Assembly (NCBI GenBank): GCA_041946735.1
Contig: JBHGAY010000017.1
Location: 1 to 64,000 of the forward strand
Length of the DNA: 64,000 nucleotides
Direction: 5' to 3'
Origin: Candidatus Eiseniibacteriota bacterium
Lineage (GTDB): Bacteria > Eisenbacteria > RBG-16-71-46 > CAIMUX01 > VGJL01
Part shown: positions 26,826 to 37,241 of the stretch, in pieces
Layout of the letters: every line of letters begins with the position of its first letter
How positions within the stretch are numbered: position 1 is the stretch's first letter
Made by a program: the position numbers and the translations under genes
Notes under the pieces: generated by a model
Databases searched by the model: none
Told to the model about the DNA's origin: nothing
The model's input: only the letters and a program-made list of their open reading frames with translations

Positions 26826-29396
26826 CTATCTCTGGATCGACAACTTCCCGCTTGCGACGTCGAGGCCCAGGCGAACACGCACGAAGTACATTCCGCTCGG
26901 TGCGCGGCTCGACCACTCGACCCGATGCGTTCCCGCCTCCATCGTCTCGTCGACCGGCGTCTCGATGAGACGCCCCGTCACGTCGAAGAGCTGGACGCGC
27001 ACCCGTCCGGAGCTGGGGAGCGCGAAACGGACGGAGGTCAGGCCGCCGGTCTGGAGCGGGTTGGGGAAGACGTCGAGGATCTGGAGCGACTTCGAGGCCA
27101 GGTCGGACTCGAGCACCGACGAGGTGCCTGCCTCGGCCATCGGAACCTCCCACAGGCCGCGTCCGTAGGTGCCCGCGCGCAGCGTGCGCGTCGATTCGAC
27201 GACCTTCAAGTCGCCGATGACGACGTTCGGCAAGCCGTTGCCGTACGGCAGCCAGCTGCCCCCGCCGTCCTCGGTGCGCCACACACCCAGGTCGGTTCCG
27301 ACGTAGAGGATTTCGGGATCGTCGGGATCGATCTCGATCGCGTTGCACGGAAGGGCGGGGAGTGAGCCGCCGATCGAGGTCCAGTTCGCGCCGTAGTCGG
27401 TGCTCTTGTAGACGTTGTTGTTCGCGAAGCCCGAATAGGTGGCGAAGACCGTGCCCGGCTCGCTCGGATGGACCTTCAGGCGGGTGATGGCCCGCGTGGG
27501 GAGCCCGGCCGCGCCGACCTGGTTCCACGTCTCGCCCCGGTCGGTGGAGAGGTAGATCGTCCGCAGCGTGTTCAGGCCGTAGTAAAGGACGTTCACGTCG
27601 CTGGGGCTCTGGGCGATCGTGATCCCCACGCCCGGCATCGTCGCCGTCTTCGCTACCCACTGCCCGCCGCGGTTCGTCGTCTTGTACAGCTTCCGGTGCA
27701 TCGTGTAGAGGATCCGCGTGTCGGCGTAGTCGAGATGGACGGGCGTGTCCCACGCTCCGTCCTCCGAGATGCCGGTCATGATCCGGGTCATGTTCGCGCC
27801 CCGGTTGTAGGAGCGATAGTGGTTGCCGTAGTAGTACTCCATGTACATCGTGTCCGGCATGGCGTAGTCGATGTTGCAGTGGAAACCGTCGCCTCCGAGA
27901 CCGCGGGTCCAGTCGTCCGAACCGCTGTAGACGTTCGAGCCGTTGTCCTGGGTGCCGCCGACCGCGGTCGCCATATCGGAGGGAGCGACGGCGATGTCGT
28001 AGAACTGCATGGTCGTCAAGCCGGTCGAGATCTCCTGCCAGTTGACGCCGCCGTCGACCGACTGGAAGACGCCGCCATCGCACGCCGCGTAGACGTGGTT
28101 GGGATCGTCGGGATGGAACGCCCATCCGTGCTGGTCGGCGTGCACGTAGCGGGGGTGTCCGGGCGTGTACTCCCAGTGGGTCCGCTGAGCGAACGTGACA
28201 CCTCCGTCCGTGGAGGACCAGATGTCGATGCCTCCGGAGTAGACCTTGTTGGGATTGTTGGGATCGACCGCGATCACGAGGTCGTACCAGCCCTGCCCGC
28301 CGTAATGGTTCTGCCCGTTGTACACGAGATTCCAGGAGACGCCGCCGTCGATCGATTTGTAGATGCCGAGGAGCGCGGCGTTCGTCCCGGAGATCCCTGC
28401 ATAGAGGACCTGGGGCTGGCTCTGGCAGATGGCGATCGCGGCGCGCCCGTGCGAAGTCGGCCAGCCGGTCGTCTGCTTCTGCCAGGTGAGGCCGTCGTCG
28501 GTCGAGGAATAGAAACCGTTGGTGGCGTGGCCGCCCGTGCGGCCCAGCGTGGCGTAGAACGTGTTGTTTGTTCCGGGACGGCGGACGAGGTCGATTCCGG
28601 TGCCTGCGAGCGTCTGCGTCCACGTCTCGGTCGCCGGATCGAGCCGGTAGACCCCGGCGGTCGTCGAGGCGAGCAGCGTCCCCGACGAGGGGTTCTGCGC
28701 GAGTTTCTGCACCGCCTTGCCGTCACCGATCGACCAGTCGAGCCCCGTGCCGTAGGGATTCCAGGTGAGTCCTCGGTCGGTCGAGCGAAGGACTCCGACG
28801 CCGAAGATCGCGTCCCCGTTGAAATTCCCTTCGCCCGTCCCGACGTAGACCGTGGCGGGGTTCGTTTCGTCGAAGAGGATGGCGCCGACCGCGAGCGTCG
28901 GAAGCGCGTCGTCGACGGGCTCCCAGCTCGCCCCCGCGTTGGTCGATTCCCACAGCCCACCGCTCGCCGAGCCGACCAGGATCCGGTCGTGATCGAGCGG
29001 ATCGAACGCGATCGGTTGGCACCGGCCGGCGATGTTCACCGGTCCGAGATTCGTCCAGACCGGCTGGCCGCGCAGGCCTTCCCGAAGTTGCTGGGTCTCT
29101 TCCCAGGCGTTCCAGCGAGCCCCGCCCGGAACGAAGCCGTTCGCATCGACGCGCGGCCCATAGAACCAGATCCATCGCTGATACGGCTTGAATCCGGACC
29201 CCTTGACCGTAACGTCCGGGACCTGCGCGAAGTACGCCTCGAACACCGCCTTCTGTTCTTCGAACGAGAGGACCTGGGCCTGTGCGCGACCGGGCTCGAG
29301 CGAGAGGGCGGCGGCGGCGAGCAGGGCGGCCAGAGCCGCGCACCGGAGCATCGCTCTCGCGCGCGAACGGCCCCACGGGGACGAAATGGACCTCAT
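26826..29396 (-). CDS. Secreted BNR/Asp-box (VPS10-like) beta-propeller protein with T9SS-type CTD
   Basis: Repeated S.DGG..W, WTNLGP..IAGR, HADQH, GGTQDNG, GTYGRGLW; CTD FPNP...DVTGR...SGMYF. Confidence 0.85.
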   Translation of the reverse strand: MRSISSPWGRSRARAMLRCAALAALLAAAALSLEPGRAQAQVLSFEEQKAVFEAYFAQVPDVTVKGSGFKPYQRWIWFYGPRVDANGFVPGGARWNAWEETQQLREGLRGQPVWTNLGPVNIAGRCQPIAFDPLDHDRILVGSASGGLWESTNAGASWEPVDDALPTLAVGAILFDETNPATVYVGTGEGNFNGDAIFGVGVLRSTDRGLTWNPYGTGLDWSIGDGKAVQKLAQNPSSGTLLASTTAGVYRLDPATETWTQTLAGTGIDLVRRPGTNNTFYATLGRTGGHATNGFYSSTDDGLTWQKQTTGWPTSHGRAAIAICQSQPQVLYAGISGTNAALLGIYKSIDGGVSWNLVYNGQNHYGGQGWYDLVIAVDPNNPNKVYSGGIDIWSSTDGGVTFAQRTHWEYTPGHPRYVHADQHGWAFHPDDPNHVYAACDGGVFQSVDGGVNWQEISTGLTTMQFYDIAVAPSDMATAVGGTQDNGSNVYSGSDDWTRGLGGDGFHCNIDYAMPDTMYMEYYYGNHYRSYNRGANMTRIMTGISEDGAWDTPVHLDYADTRILYTMHRKLYKTTNRGGQWVAKTATMPGVGITIAQSPSDVNVLYYGLNTLRTIYLSTDRGETWNQVGAAGLPTRAITRLKVHPSEPGTVFATYSGFANNNVYKSTDYGANWTSIGGSLPALPCNAIEIDPDDPEILYVGTDLGVWRTEDGGGSWLPYGNGLPNVVIGDLKVVESTRTLRAGTYGRGLWEVPMAEAGTSSVLESDLASKSLQILDVFPNPLQTGGLTSVRFALPSSGRVRVQLFDVTGRLIETPVDETMEAGTHRVEWSSRAPSGMYFVRVRLGLDVASGKLSIQR

Positions 29397-29610
29397 CCTA
29401 CCTCCATGGAATTTGGAGCGGCCTGACGCGGCCGCCGACGGAACGGCACTCGGATCAGCTCGGATCAGCGGCAGGATCGGCGTGCGATGGCGGCGGGAAT
29501 GCTCACCGAGCCTCGACAAGACCCTCGACAAATTCTAGCGTGCCAGTCCCTGCGTCTCCAAAGGGGAAACGATCGAGCGACTGGAATCGTGGAAATCGAC
29601 CCGCGCCTGG

Positions 29611-30771
29611 CTAGCCGTTGGCCTTCTCGCCGGAGGCGTCGTCCTTGCGTCCCGCGCGGATCCCTTGCGGAAGGATCTCGGTCACGCGCGCTTGAAGGTG
29701 CGCGTCTCGCAGGGCCTCGAGCATGTCCTCGCGCCGGTCGTAGAGCCGCTTGAGCGGGCGTGGCGGGACGTTCTCGAGCACATAGGCGGTCAACAGGGGC
29801 AACGCGATCGTCGAGTCGCAGTAGACGACCACGGCGTCGGGGAGCTTGTTGGGATCGACCTTGCCCCACGAGACCGCTTCCGCCGGAGTGGCGCCGGAGA
29901 GGCCGCCAGTGTCGGGGCGCGCGTCGGTCACCTGCAGGAAGAAGTCGTGGCCGGCGTCGGCGATTCCGAGCACTTCCTGAATGTGTGGCTCGGTTTGCAG
30001 GACGAAGTTCTTCGGCGAGCCTCCCCCCAGAATCCAGATCCCGCTCGTTCCCGTCTTCTTCGCGTCGTGCACGACCGCGGCGGTCTCGTTGACGTCGAGA
30101 TTCGGGTCGATCGTCAGGCGATTGCCGGCGAGCGAGGTCGCGGCGATGTTCATCCCGATGGAGGAGTCCCCCGGGGAACTGGTGTAGATCGGCACTCCGC
30201 ACTCGTGAGCTACGGAGAGCAGGCAGGGCTCGGCGACCCCGAGAAGCTTCTCCCGCTCGCGCAGGAAGCGTCCCGCCAGGTCGTGAAACTCGGCGCTCGA
30301 CATCGTCCTCTGGAAGGGGGGCGTCGTCACGATCTCCCGGTAGAAGCGGTCGGTCGAGAGGAGCACTTCGTAATCGAACAGGATGTCGTAGATCCGGACG
30401 ACCCCCTCCGCGCGCAAGGCGACGTCGTCGACGAACGGGTTGCCCTGATGCAGTGACATCCCGAGCCCGAAATGGGTATCGTGATACAGGTTCGCTCCGG
30501 TCGACACCATCCAGTCGACATAGCCGCCACGGAGGAGGGGGGCGAGGCAGGCGATGCCGAGTCCCGCGGGGGTCAACGCTCCGGAGAGCGAGATTCCCAC
30601 CGTTCCTTCCCCGGCCAGCATCTTCTCCGCCAGAAGGCGGGAGCCCTCGCGCAGGCGGCCGGCGTTGTAGGCGAGGTAGGTCCGGCGGATGAGATCGCTG
30701 ATCGACATTCCGGGACGGATCGGCTCCGGAGCGATCCGCGGACCGCGAAGATAGGAGCTGCGTTCGGGCAT
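29611..30771 (-). CDS. Deoxyhypusine synthase-like protein (probable homospermidine synthase, SpeY-type)
   Basis: [40 protein letters not shown]. Confidence 0.88.
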   Translation of the reverse strand: MPERSSYLRGPRIAPEPIRPGMSISDLIRRTYLAYNAGRLREGSRLLAEKMLAGEGTVGISLSGALTPAGLGIACLAPLLRGGYVDWMVSTGANLYHDTHFGLGMSLHQGNPFVDDVALRAEGVVRIYDILFDYEVLLSTDRFYREIVTTPPFQRTMSSAEFHDLAGRFLREREKLLGVAEPCLLSVAHECGVPIYTSSPGDSSIGMNIAATSLAGNRLTIDPNLDVNETAAVVHDAKKTGTSGIWILGGGSPKNFVLQTEPHIQEVLGIADAGHDFFLQVTDARPDTGGLSGATPAEAVSWGKVDPNKLPDAVVVYCDSTIALPLLTAYVLENVPPRPLKRLYDRREDMLEALRDAHLQARVTEILPQGIRAGRKDDASGEKANG

Positions 30772-30920
30772 GGTTCTCCTCCGCGCCGCGACGGAAGCGG
30801 GCGCAGGGGCGAGTCTAGGGAAGGGGGGCTCCGGCGGCAACCGGGGCGGAGGCGCGAAGAGCGGCGGCGAGAGGTGCGGGTGCCCGCCGGTGCCGCCGAT
30901 AACGAGGATCGGGGGAGGAC

Positions 30921-31577
30921 GTGAACCAGGAGAAGCGACCGGCGAACGGATCGAACGGCGCGGCGGGGCCTCCGATGCTCCGGCTGTCGCGCCACGGTGC
31001 CTCGTTGCGCGTCGTCCGCTCTCTGGTGCCGATTCTCTCCGGTGGGGGCGTCGTCCTGCTGCCCACCGACACGATCTACGGCTTCTCCGCCCGCTTCGAC
31101 CACGTGTCGGCGCGCCGCCGCATCCGGGACCTGAAAGGCGCGAATCCCGCAGGACCGATGGTCTCGCTCGTCTCGGGACTCGAGATGGCATTCCGTTTGG
31201 CCGAGCCGCCGCGCGGCGCTTCCCTGCGGCTGCTTGAGCAGCACTGGCCCGGTCCGCTGACCGCGGTGCTGCGGGCGCGGGCTCACGTTCCGCCCGATCT
31301 CTGCGGTCCCGGCGATACGCTCGCGTTTCGGTGGCCGGTGATGCCGTTCCTGCAAGCCCTGATCGGGGCCCTGGGGACGCCGGTGGTCTCTACCTCCGCC
31401 AATCGGACCGGCGAGCCGACTCCCTCCCGGTTCGCCACGCTGGCCGTCCTGTTCGGCGACCGGCTCGATGCGCTGATCGATGGGGGGGACCTGTCCGGGC
31501 AGGCATCGACGATCGTCGATTTGACCTCTCCGGAACCGGTCGTGCTTCGCCACGGCGCCCTCGAGCTTCAGGTCTAG
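30921..31577 (+). CDS. tsaC: L-threonylcarbamoyladenylate synthase (TsaC/Sua5 YrdC domain)
   Basis: [26 protein letters not shown]. Confidence 0.88.
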   Translation: MNQEKRPANGSNGAAGPPMLRLSRHGASLRVVRSLVPILSGGGVVLLPTDTIYGFSARFDHVSARRRIRDLKGANPAGPMVSLVSGLEMAFRLAEPPRGASLRLLEQHWPGPLTAVLRARAHVPPDLCGPGDTLAFRWPVMPFLQALIGALGTPVVSTSANRTGEPTPSRFATLAVLFGDRLDALIDGGDLSGQASTIVDLTSPEPVVLRHGALELQV

Positions 31578-31655
31578 CGCCGCCCGCCGTCGCGGGCGAG
31601 CGGCGAGCCGGTCCCGCCGGTCCCGCCGGCCGCGCCGGGCAGTCCGGTTGCTTGC

Positions 31656-31685
31656 TTGACGCTGCCGCGCGACGGTTCCTAGAAT
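31656..31685 (+). promoter_or_regulatory. Sigma70-like promoter
   Basis: TTGACG-N18-TAGAAT upstream of the phosphatase-ilvE-glyA run. Confidence 0.5.
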
Positions 31686-31806
31686 CCACCGGTACGGCAA
31701 CTTCCGCGGTTGTCTCGGTCTGAGCGGGGACCTCCCCGGCGACTTCGCTCCCCGGGGCGATCCTCCGGGGAGGCAGCACACGCGACGCCTTCCGAATCGG
31801 GGGATC

Positions 31807-32457
31807 GTGGCCAAGAACATCCGAATCCTGATCGTCTGCACGGGCAACATCTGCCGCAGCCCGATGGCGGAGGGGCTCTTTCGCAAGCTGGTCCGGGAGG
31901 CCGGCCTGCATGACCGCGTTGTCGTCGAGTCGGCGGGGACCTTCGCGCCCGAGGGGGCGCCGGCGTCCCCGGAGGGTGTGGAGGTGGCGGCCCGCGAGGG
32001 GATCGACCTGCGGGGACACGCTTCGCGAGCGCTGAGCACGCGGCTCGTCTCTCGCGCCGACCGGATCCTCGTCATGGAGCCGGAGCACCGCGAGCGGCTG
32101 ATCGCCGCCTTTCCGGAGGCGGAGGAGAAGACGTTCCTGCTGACGACCTTCGCCGACCCCCAGGGAGATCCGCTGGGAGTCATCGATCCGATCGGCATGG
32201 GGGTCGAGGTCTACGAGCGGGTCTACCGGCAAATCGAGCAGGCGCTGAGGGCGGCGCTCCCCGAGATCGAGCGCCTTGCCAACGGGCAGGAGGAGCAGCC
32301 GCAGCGGGACGGAAGGCCGGACGGCCGCGACCGGGCCGGGAGCGACAGCGAGCGAGCGAATCGCGCCGCGGGAGCGGAGCGAGCTTCGAGAGCGGAGGGC
32401 GAAGAGGAATTCGACCGCCGGGGCGAGACCGGCGACGGGAGGGGGGCGGGTCGATGA
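31807..32457 (+). CDS. Low-molecular-weight protein phosphatase (PtpA/YwlE family)
   Basis: CTGNICRSPMAE P-loop, SAGT, DPIG. Confidence 0.9.
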   Translation: MAKNIRILIVCTGNICRSPMAEGLFRKLVREAGLHDRVVVESAGTFAPEGAPASPEGVEVAAREGIDLRGHASRALSTRLVSRADRILVMEPEHRERLIAAFPEAEEKTFLLTTFADPQGDPLGVIDPIGMGVEVYERVYRQIEQALRAALPEIERLANGQEEQPQRDGRPDGRDRAGSDSERANRAAGAERASRAEGEEEFDRRGETGDGRGAGR

Positions 32458-33374
32458 CCGAGAGGCTGGCGGACAAGGTCTGGATGAACGGGGAGCTGGT
32501 CGGCTGGGACGATGCGAAGATCCACATCGCCTCCCACGTCGTCCACTACGGCTCGAGCGTGTTCGAGGGGATCCGCTGCTACGACAGTCCGCAGGGATCG
32601 CGGATCTTCCGTCTTCGCGAGCACATCCGCCGGCTCTTCGAGTCGGCCCGCATTTACCGGATGCAGATCCCCTACTCCTCCGACGCCGTCCTGGAGGCGT
32701 GCCGCGAGACGGTGCGCGCGAACGGATTTCGCGAGTGCTACATCCGTCCGGTCGTCTACCGCGGCATGGGCGGGGTCGGCGTCAATCCCCTGAAGAACCG
32801 CACGGACCTCGCAGTCCTCGTCTGGCAGTGGGGGAAGTACCTCGGCCACGAGGCGCTGGCCAGCGGCATCGACGTCTGCGTCTCCTCCTGGACTCGGATG
32901 GGCGCGAACTCCCTGCCGCCCGTCGCGAAGTGCGCCGCGAACTACATGAACAGCCAGCTGATCAAGATGGAGGCGATCCAGAACGGCTACGCGGAGGGGA
33001 TCGCCTTGAACGAGGACGGAACGGTCAGCGAGGGGAGCGGGGAGAATCTCTTCCTCGTGCGCGACGGCGCGCTCCTCACCCCGCCGGCCGACGCGAACGT
33101 GTTGATGGGGATCACGCGGGACAGCGTTCGCACGATCGCAGCCGATCTGGGGATCGAGACGCGCGAGTGCCCAATTCCGCGCGGTATGTTGTACATCGCC
33201 GACGAGGCGTTCTTCACCGGCACCGCGGCCGAGATCTCGCCGATCCGATCGATCGACAAGATCCCTGTGGGAGCGGGAGAGCCGGGGCCGATCACGCGGA
33301 AGCTGCAGGAGGCGTTCTTCGGGCTGCTGAAGGGGGAGAGGACGGACAAGCGCGGCTGGCTTTCCCCGCTGTAG
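32454..33374 (+). CDS. ilvE: Branched-chain amino acid aminotransferase
   Basis: HYGSSVFEGIRCY, AK..ANY.NS, EGSGENLF, FTGTAAE. Confidence 0.95.
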   Translation: MTERLADKVWMNGELVGWDDAKIHIASHVVHYGSSVFEGIRCYDSPQGSRIFRLREHIRRLFESARIYRMQIPYSSDAVLEACRETVRANGFRECYIRPVVYRGMGGVGVNPLKNRTDLAVLVWQWGKYLGHEALASGIDVCVSSWTRMGANSLPPVAKCAANYMNSQLIKMEAIQNGYAEGIALNEDGTVSEGSGENLFLVRDGALLTPPADANVLMGITRDSVRTIAADLGIETRECPIPRGMLYIADEAFFTGTAAEISPIRSIDKIPVGAGEPGPITRKLQEAFFGLLKGERTDKRGWLSPL

Positions 33375-33381
33375 CAGCACG

Positions 33382-33440
33382 CGAAACGCGAAACGCGCGA
33401 GACGAACGAGACGAACGAGACGCGCGAAACGAACGAAACG
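33382..33440 (+). repeat. Intergenic simple repeat of CGA(A/G)ACG units
   Basis: Seven CGARACG units separated by 0-2 nt. Confidence 0.75.
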
Positions 33441-33498
33441 ATAGCCGCGACCGCTCGCGGCAACTCACGAGCAGGATCGCAAGGGAGGGGATGAGGCG

Positions 33499-34752
33499 AT
33501 GCGGCACCTGAGGGAGATCGATCCGGAGATCGCCGGCGCGGTCGAGGGCGAGCTGTCGCGACAGCGTGACACGCTCGAGATGATCGCTTCGGAGAACTTC
33601 ACCCATCCGGCCGTTTTGGAGGCGGTCGGCTCGGTGATGACGAACAAGTACGCCGAGGGGTATCCCGGCAAGCGTTACTACGGAGGGTGCGAGTTCGTCG
33701 ACCGGGCGGAGATGCTGGCGATCGAGCGGGCCAAGGAGCTCTTCGGCGCCGCGCACGCCAACGTCCAGCCACACTCCGGAAGCTCGGCGAACCTGACCGC
33801 CTACTTCTCGCTTCTCGAGCCCGGCGACACGATCCTCGGCATGAACCTCTCCCACGGCGGGCACCTGACCCACGGCCACCCGGTGAACTTCTCCGGCCGC
33901 TTCTTCAAGGTCGTGCCGTACAGCGTCGATCCCGAAACGAAGCAGATCAACTACGACACGCTCGCGCAGCTCGCGCGCGAGAGCCGTCCGAAGATGATCG
34001 TCGCCGGAGCGAGCGCCTACGCGCGCACGCTGCACTTCGATCGCTTCCGGGCGATCGCCGACGAGGTCGGCGCGTACCTCATGGTCGACATGGCGCACAT
34101 CGCCGGGCTCGTCGCCGCCGGCATCCATCCCTCGCCGGTGCCCTATGCCGACATCGTCACTTCGACGACGCACAAGACTCTGCGTGGCCCGCGCTCGGGC
34201 TTCATCCTCTGCAAGGAGGAGCACGCCGCTGCGATCGACAAGACCTCGTTCCCTGGGATGCAGGGAGGTCCGCTCTGCCATGTCATCGCCGGCAAGGCGG
34301 TCTGCTTCAAGCTTGCGATGACCGAGGAGTTCCGGTCCTACCAGCGGCAAGTGGTCGCGAACGCCAAGAGGCTCGCAGCGAAGCTGATGGATCGTGGCTT
34401 CGACGTCGTCACCGGAGGGACCGACACGCATCTCTTCCTGCTCGACCTCACCAGCCGGGAGCTGACGGGCAAGAAGGCGCAGGCCTGGCTCGAGGAGGCG
34501 GGGATCACGGTGAACAAGAACACCGTCCCGTTCGACACGCAGAAGCCGTTCGTGACGAGCGGCGTGCGGATCGGCACCCCGGCGCTGACGACACGCGGGA
34601 TGAAGGAGGCGGAGATGGACCGGATCGGCGAGATGATCGCCGACGTCCTGCTGTCGGGTGGCGATGCACCGACGACCGAACGGGTGAGGGGCCAGGTGGC
34701 GCAACTCACGCGCGCGTTCCCGCTCTACCCGGAGCTGGGGAAGCAGGGATGA
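33499..34752 (+). CDS. glyA: Serine hydroxymethyltransferase
   Basis: [32 protein letters not shown]. Confidence 0.97.
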   Translation: MRHLREIDPEIAGAVEGELSRQRDTLEMIASENFTHPAVLEAVGSVMTNKYAEGYPGKRYYGGCEFVDRAEMLAIERAKELFGAAHANVQPHSGSSANLTAYFSLLEPGDTILGMNLSHGGHLTHGHPVNFSGRFFKVVPYSVDPETKQINYDTLAQLARESRPKMIVAGASAYARTLHFDRFRAIADEVGAYLMVDMAHIAGLVAAGIHPSPVPYADIVTSTTHKTLRGPRSGFILCKEEHAAAIDKTSFPGMQGGPLCHVIAGKAVCFKLAMTEEFRSYQRQVVANAKRLAAKLMDRGFDVVTGGTDTHLFLLDLTSRELTGKKAQAWLEEAGITVNKNTVPFDTQKPFVTSGVRIGTPALTTRGMKEAEMDRIGEMIADVLLSGGDAPTTERVRGQVAQLTRAFPLYPELGKQG

Positions 34753-35192
34753 CGGAGGGTCCGGGTCCGGGAACCGGTCCGGGACGGGAAGCCGGTCCGG
34801 CGCAGGGCACGGGATCGGGGGGCGGGCCCGCGCCCGCCCCGCGCCGCGATCCCGATTGCCTCTTCTGCAAGATCGCCGCGGGCGAGATTCCTTCGCGCAA
34901 GCAGTACGAGGACGATCGGTTCTTCGCCTTCCACGACATCTCGCCGCAGGCTCCGGTCCACGTTCTCGTCGTTCCCAAGGAGCACGTGGCGACCCTCGAC
35001 GACCTGGGGCCCCAGCACCGGGAGACCATGGCGGACCTCCTGATGCTCTTGCCGAAGCTGGCGCGGGAACTGGGTCTGTCGGAAGATGGTTACCGCGTGG
35101 TTGTGAACTGCCGCGAGAAGGCCGGCCAGTCGGTCTTCCATATCCATTTCCATCTTCTGGGCGGCCGCCCGATGCGCTGGCCTCCGGGCTGA
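34749..35192 (+). CDS. Histidine triad (HIT) nucleotide-binding protein
   Basis: DCLFCKI...[21 protein letters not shown]; Gly/Pro-rich N-terminus. Confidence 0.92.
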   Translation: MTEGPGPGTGPGREAGPAQGTGSGGGPAPAPRRDPDCLFCKIAAGEIPSRKQYEDDRFFAFHDISPQAPVHVLVVPKEHVATLDDLGPQHRETMADLLMLLPKLARELGLSEDGYRVVVNCREKAGQSVFHIHFHLLGGRPMRWPPG

Positions 35193-35276
35193 TCGGCCCC
35201 TCCGGGGCGGATCGAAAAAGGGCCGAAGGAGGGCGCCGAGGGGGGCGAGGGCCCGAGAGCGAGGGGGACGGGGATC

Positions 35277-36263
35277 GTGCATCCGGAGATCCGCGAGATC
35301 CAGGAGATGATCACGCGCGAGGCCGAGATCGCGCATCGCATTCGCTACGCAGTCGGAACGGTCGTCGTGGGACAGGAGGCGCTCGTGGTCCGCCTCCTCG
35401 TCGGCATCCTCGCCGACGGCCACCTGCTCCTCGAAGGGGTCCCGGGGCTTGCGAAGACCTTGTCGGTCCGCACCCTCGCCGCAAGCCTCGACGCCGCCTT
35501 CGCCCGCATCCAGTTCACTCCTGACCTGCTTCCCGCCGACCTGATCGGAACGGTCGTCTACAATCCCAAAACGGCCGACTTCAGCGTGCGCAAGGGCCCG
35601 ATCTTCGCGAACATCATCCTCGCCGACGAGATCAACCGAGCGCCGGCCAAGGTGCAGAGCGCGCTTCTCGAGGCGATGCAGGAGCGGCAGGTGACGATCG
35701 GCGAGACGACCTATCCGCTACCGTCGCCGTTCCTCGTCCTGGCGACGCAGAACCCGATCGAGCAGGAAGGGACATATCCGCTCCCGGAAGCGCAGCTCGA
35801 CCGGTTCCTGCTGAAGATCAAGGTGGACTATCCCAGCCGCGAGGAGGAGCGGCGCATCCTGGATCGCATGACCGGCGCTCCGTTGCCGGCCGTCAAGCCG
35901 GTCGCGACGCCGGAGGAGATCCTGCGAGCCCGCGAGGCGGTGCGCGCGGTCTACGTCGACGAGCGGATCCGCGAGTACGTCCTCGATCTGGTCTCCGCGA
36001 CGCGCCGTCCCAAGGAGTACGGGCTCGATCTCGCTCCCTGGATCGCCTACGGGGCGAGCCCCCGCGCGACGCTCTACCTCACGATGGCGGCGAAGGCGCA
36101 CGCGTTCCTGCAGGGACGGGCGTACGTCACGCCCGACGACGTCAAGGCGCTCGCCCTGGACGTTCTGCGTCACCGCATCCTGACGACGTACGAGGCGGAG
36201 GCGCGGGAGATCACCCCGGAGGAGCTGGCGCTGAAGATCCTGGAGACCGTGCCGGTGCCATGA
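35277..36263 (+). CDS. moxR: MoxR family AAA+ ATPase
   Basis: LLEGVPGLAKT, RIQFTPDLLPAD, DEINRAPAKVQSALLEAM. Confidence 0.95.
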   Translation: MHPEIREIQEMITREAEIAHRIRYAVGTVVVGQEALVVRLLVGILADGHLLLEGVPGLAKTLSVRTLAASLDAAFARIQFTPDLLPADLIGTVVYNPKTADFSVRKGPIFANIILADEINRAPAKVQSALLEAMQERQVTIGETTYPLPSPFLVLATQNPIEQEGTYPLPEAQLDRFLLKIKVDYPSREEERRILDRMTGAPLPAVKPVATPEEILRAREAVRAVYVDERIREYVLDLVSATRRPKEYGLDLAPWIAYGASPRATLYLTMAAKAHAFLQGRAYVTPDDVKALALDVLRHRILTTYEAEAREITPEELALKILETVPVP

Positions 36264-37189
36264 GCGTCACGCCTCCGAACATTTCGGAGTCGGAGCACGA
36301 GACCGCGCTCGAAATCCTTCGCAGCGTTCGCCGGATCGAGATCCAGTCGAGGCGGCTCGTGCAGGAGCTCTTCTCCGGTTCCTATCACGCGGTCTTCAAG
36401 GGACGCGGGATCGAGTTTTCCGAAGTGCGCGAGTACGTCCCCGGCGACGACATCCGCTCGATCGACTGGAACGTGACCGCCCGGATGGACCGCCCCTTCG
36501 TCAAGCAGTACCACGAGGAGCGCGAGCGGTCGGTCGTCTTCTTGGTCGATCGGTCCGGCTCCACGCACTTCGGCTCGCGGCGGCGCACGCTCGCGCGCGC
36601 GGCGGCGGAGATCACCGCGGTCCTCGCTCTTTCCGCTGCGGTGAACCAGGACAAGGTGGGGCTCCTGCTGTTCACCGACCGGACGGAGAAGTGGGTGCCG
36701 CCGCGCAAGGGAAGGTCGCACGTCCTGCGGATCGTGCGCGAGGTGCTGTTCCATCCGGCCGAGGGGCGCGGGACGATGATCGCCGAGGCGCTCGAGCGCG
36801 CGAGCCGGACCCTGCGCCGCCGCTCGATCGTGTTCCTGATCTCCGACTTCCTGGGGGATGCCGGCTACGAGTCGAGCTTGTCGGTAGCGGCGCGCAAGCA
36901 CGAGGTGATCCCGCTCGTCCTGCGCGAGCGGCGGATCGGGGAGATCCCGAACGTCGGCCTGGTCCCGGGAACCGATCTCGAGACCGGGCGCGTGCGATGG
37001 CTCGACACGGGAAGCCGGCGGGTGCGCGAGGAGCTGGCGCGGCGAGTTCGCGCGACGGAGCAGCGGTCGAAGGCGATCTTCGCGAGGGCGGGAGTCGAGG
37101 CGGTCGAGATCCCGATCGAGGAAGACCTGGTCGGTCCTCTGTTCGCGTACTTCCGGAGGAGGGCGCGCTGGCGTGCGAGCGGGCGGTAA
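36260..37189 (+). CDS. DUF58 (VWA-like) protein
   Basis: FKGRGIEFSEVREYVPGDDIRSIDWNVTAR. Confidence 0.93.
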   Translation: MSVTPPNISESEHETALEILRSVRRIEIQSRRLVQELFSGSYHAVFKGRGIEFSEVREYVPGDDIRSIDWNVTARMDRPFVKQYHEERERSVVFLVDRSGSTHFGSRRRTLARAAAEITAVLALSAAVNQDKVGLLLFTDRTEKWVPPRKGRSHVLRIVREVLFHPAEGRGTMIAEALERASRTLRRRSIVFLISDFLGDAGYESSLSVAARKHEVIPLVLRERRIGEIPNVGLVPGTDLETGRVRWLDTGSRRVREELARRVRATEQRSKAIFARAGVEAVEIPIEEDLVGPLFAYFRRRARWRASGR

Positions 37190-37241
37190 GCCTTCGAGCG
37201 GCGTCGTTCCGCCACGACGCGCGCAACGCGGGAAGGGCGGC

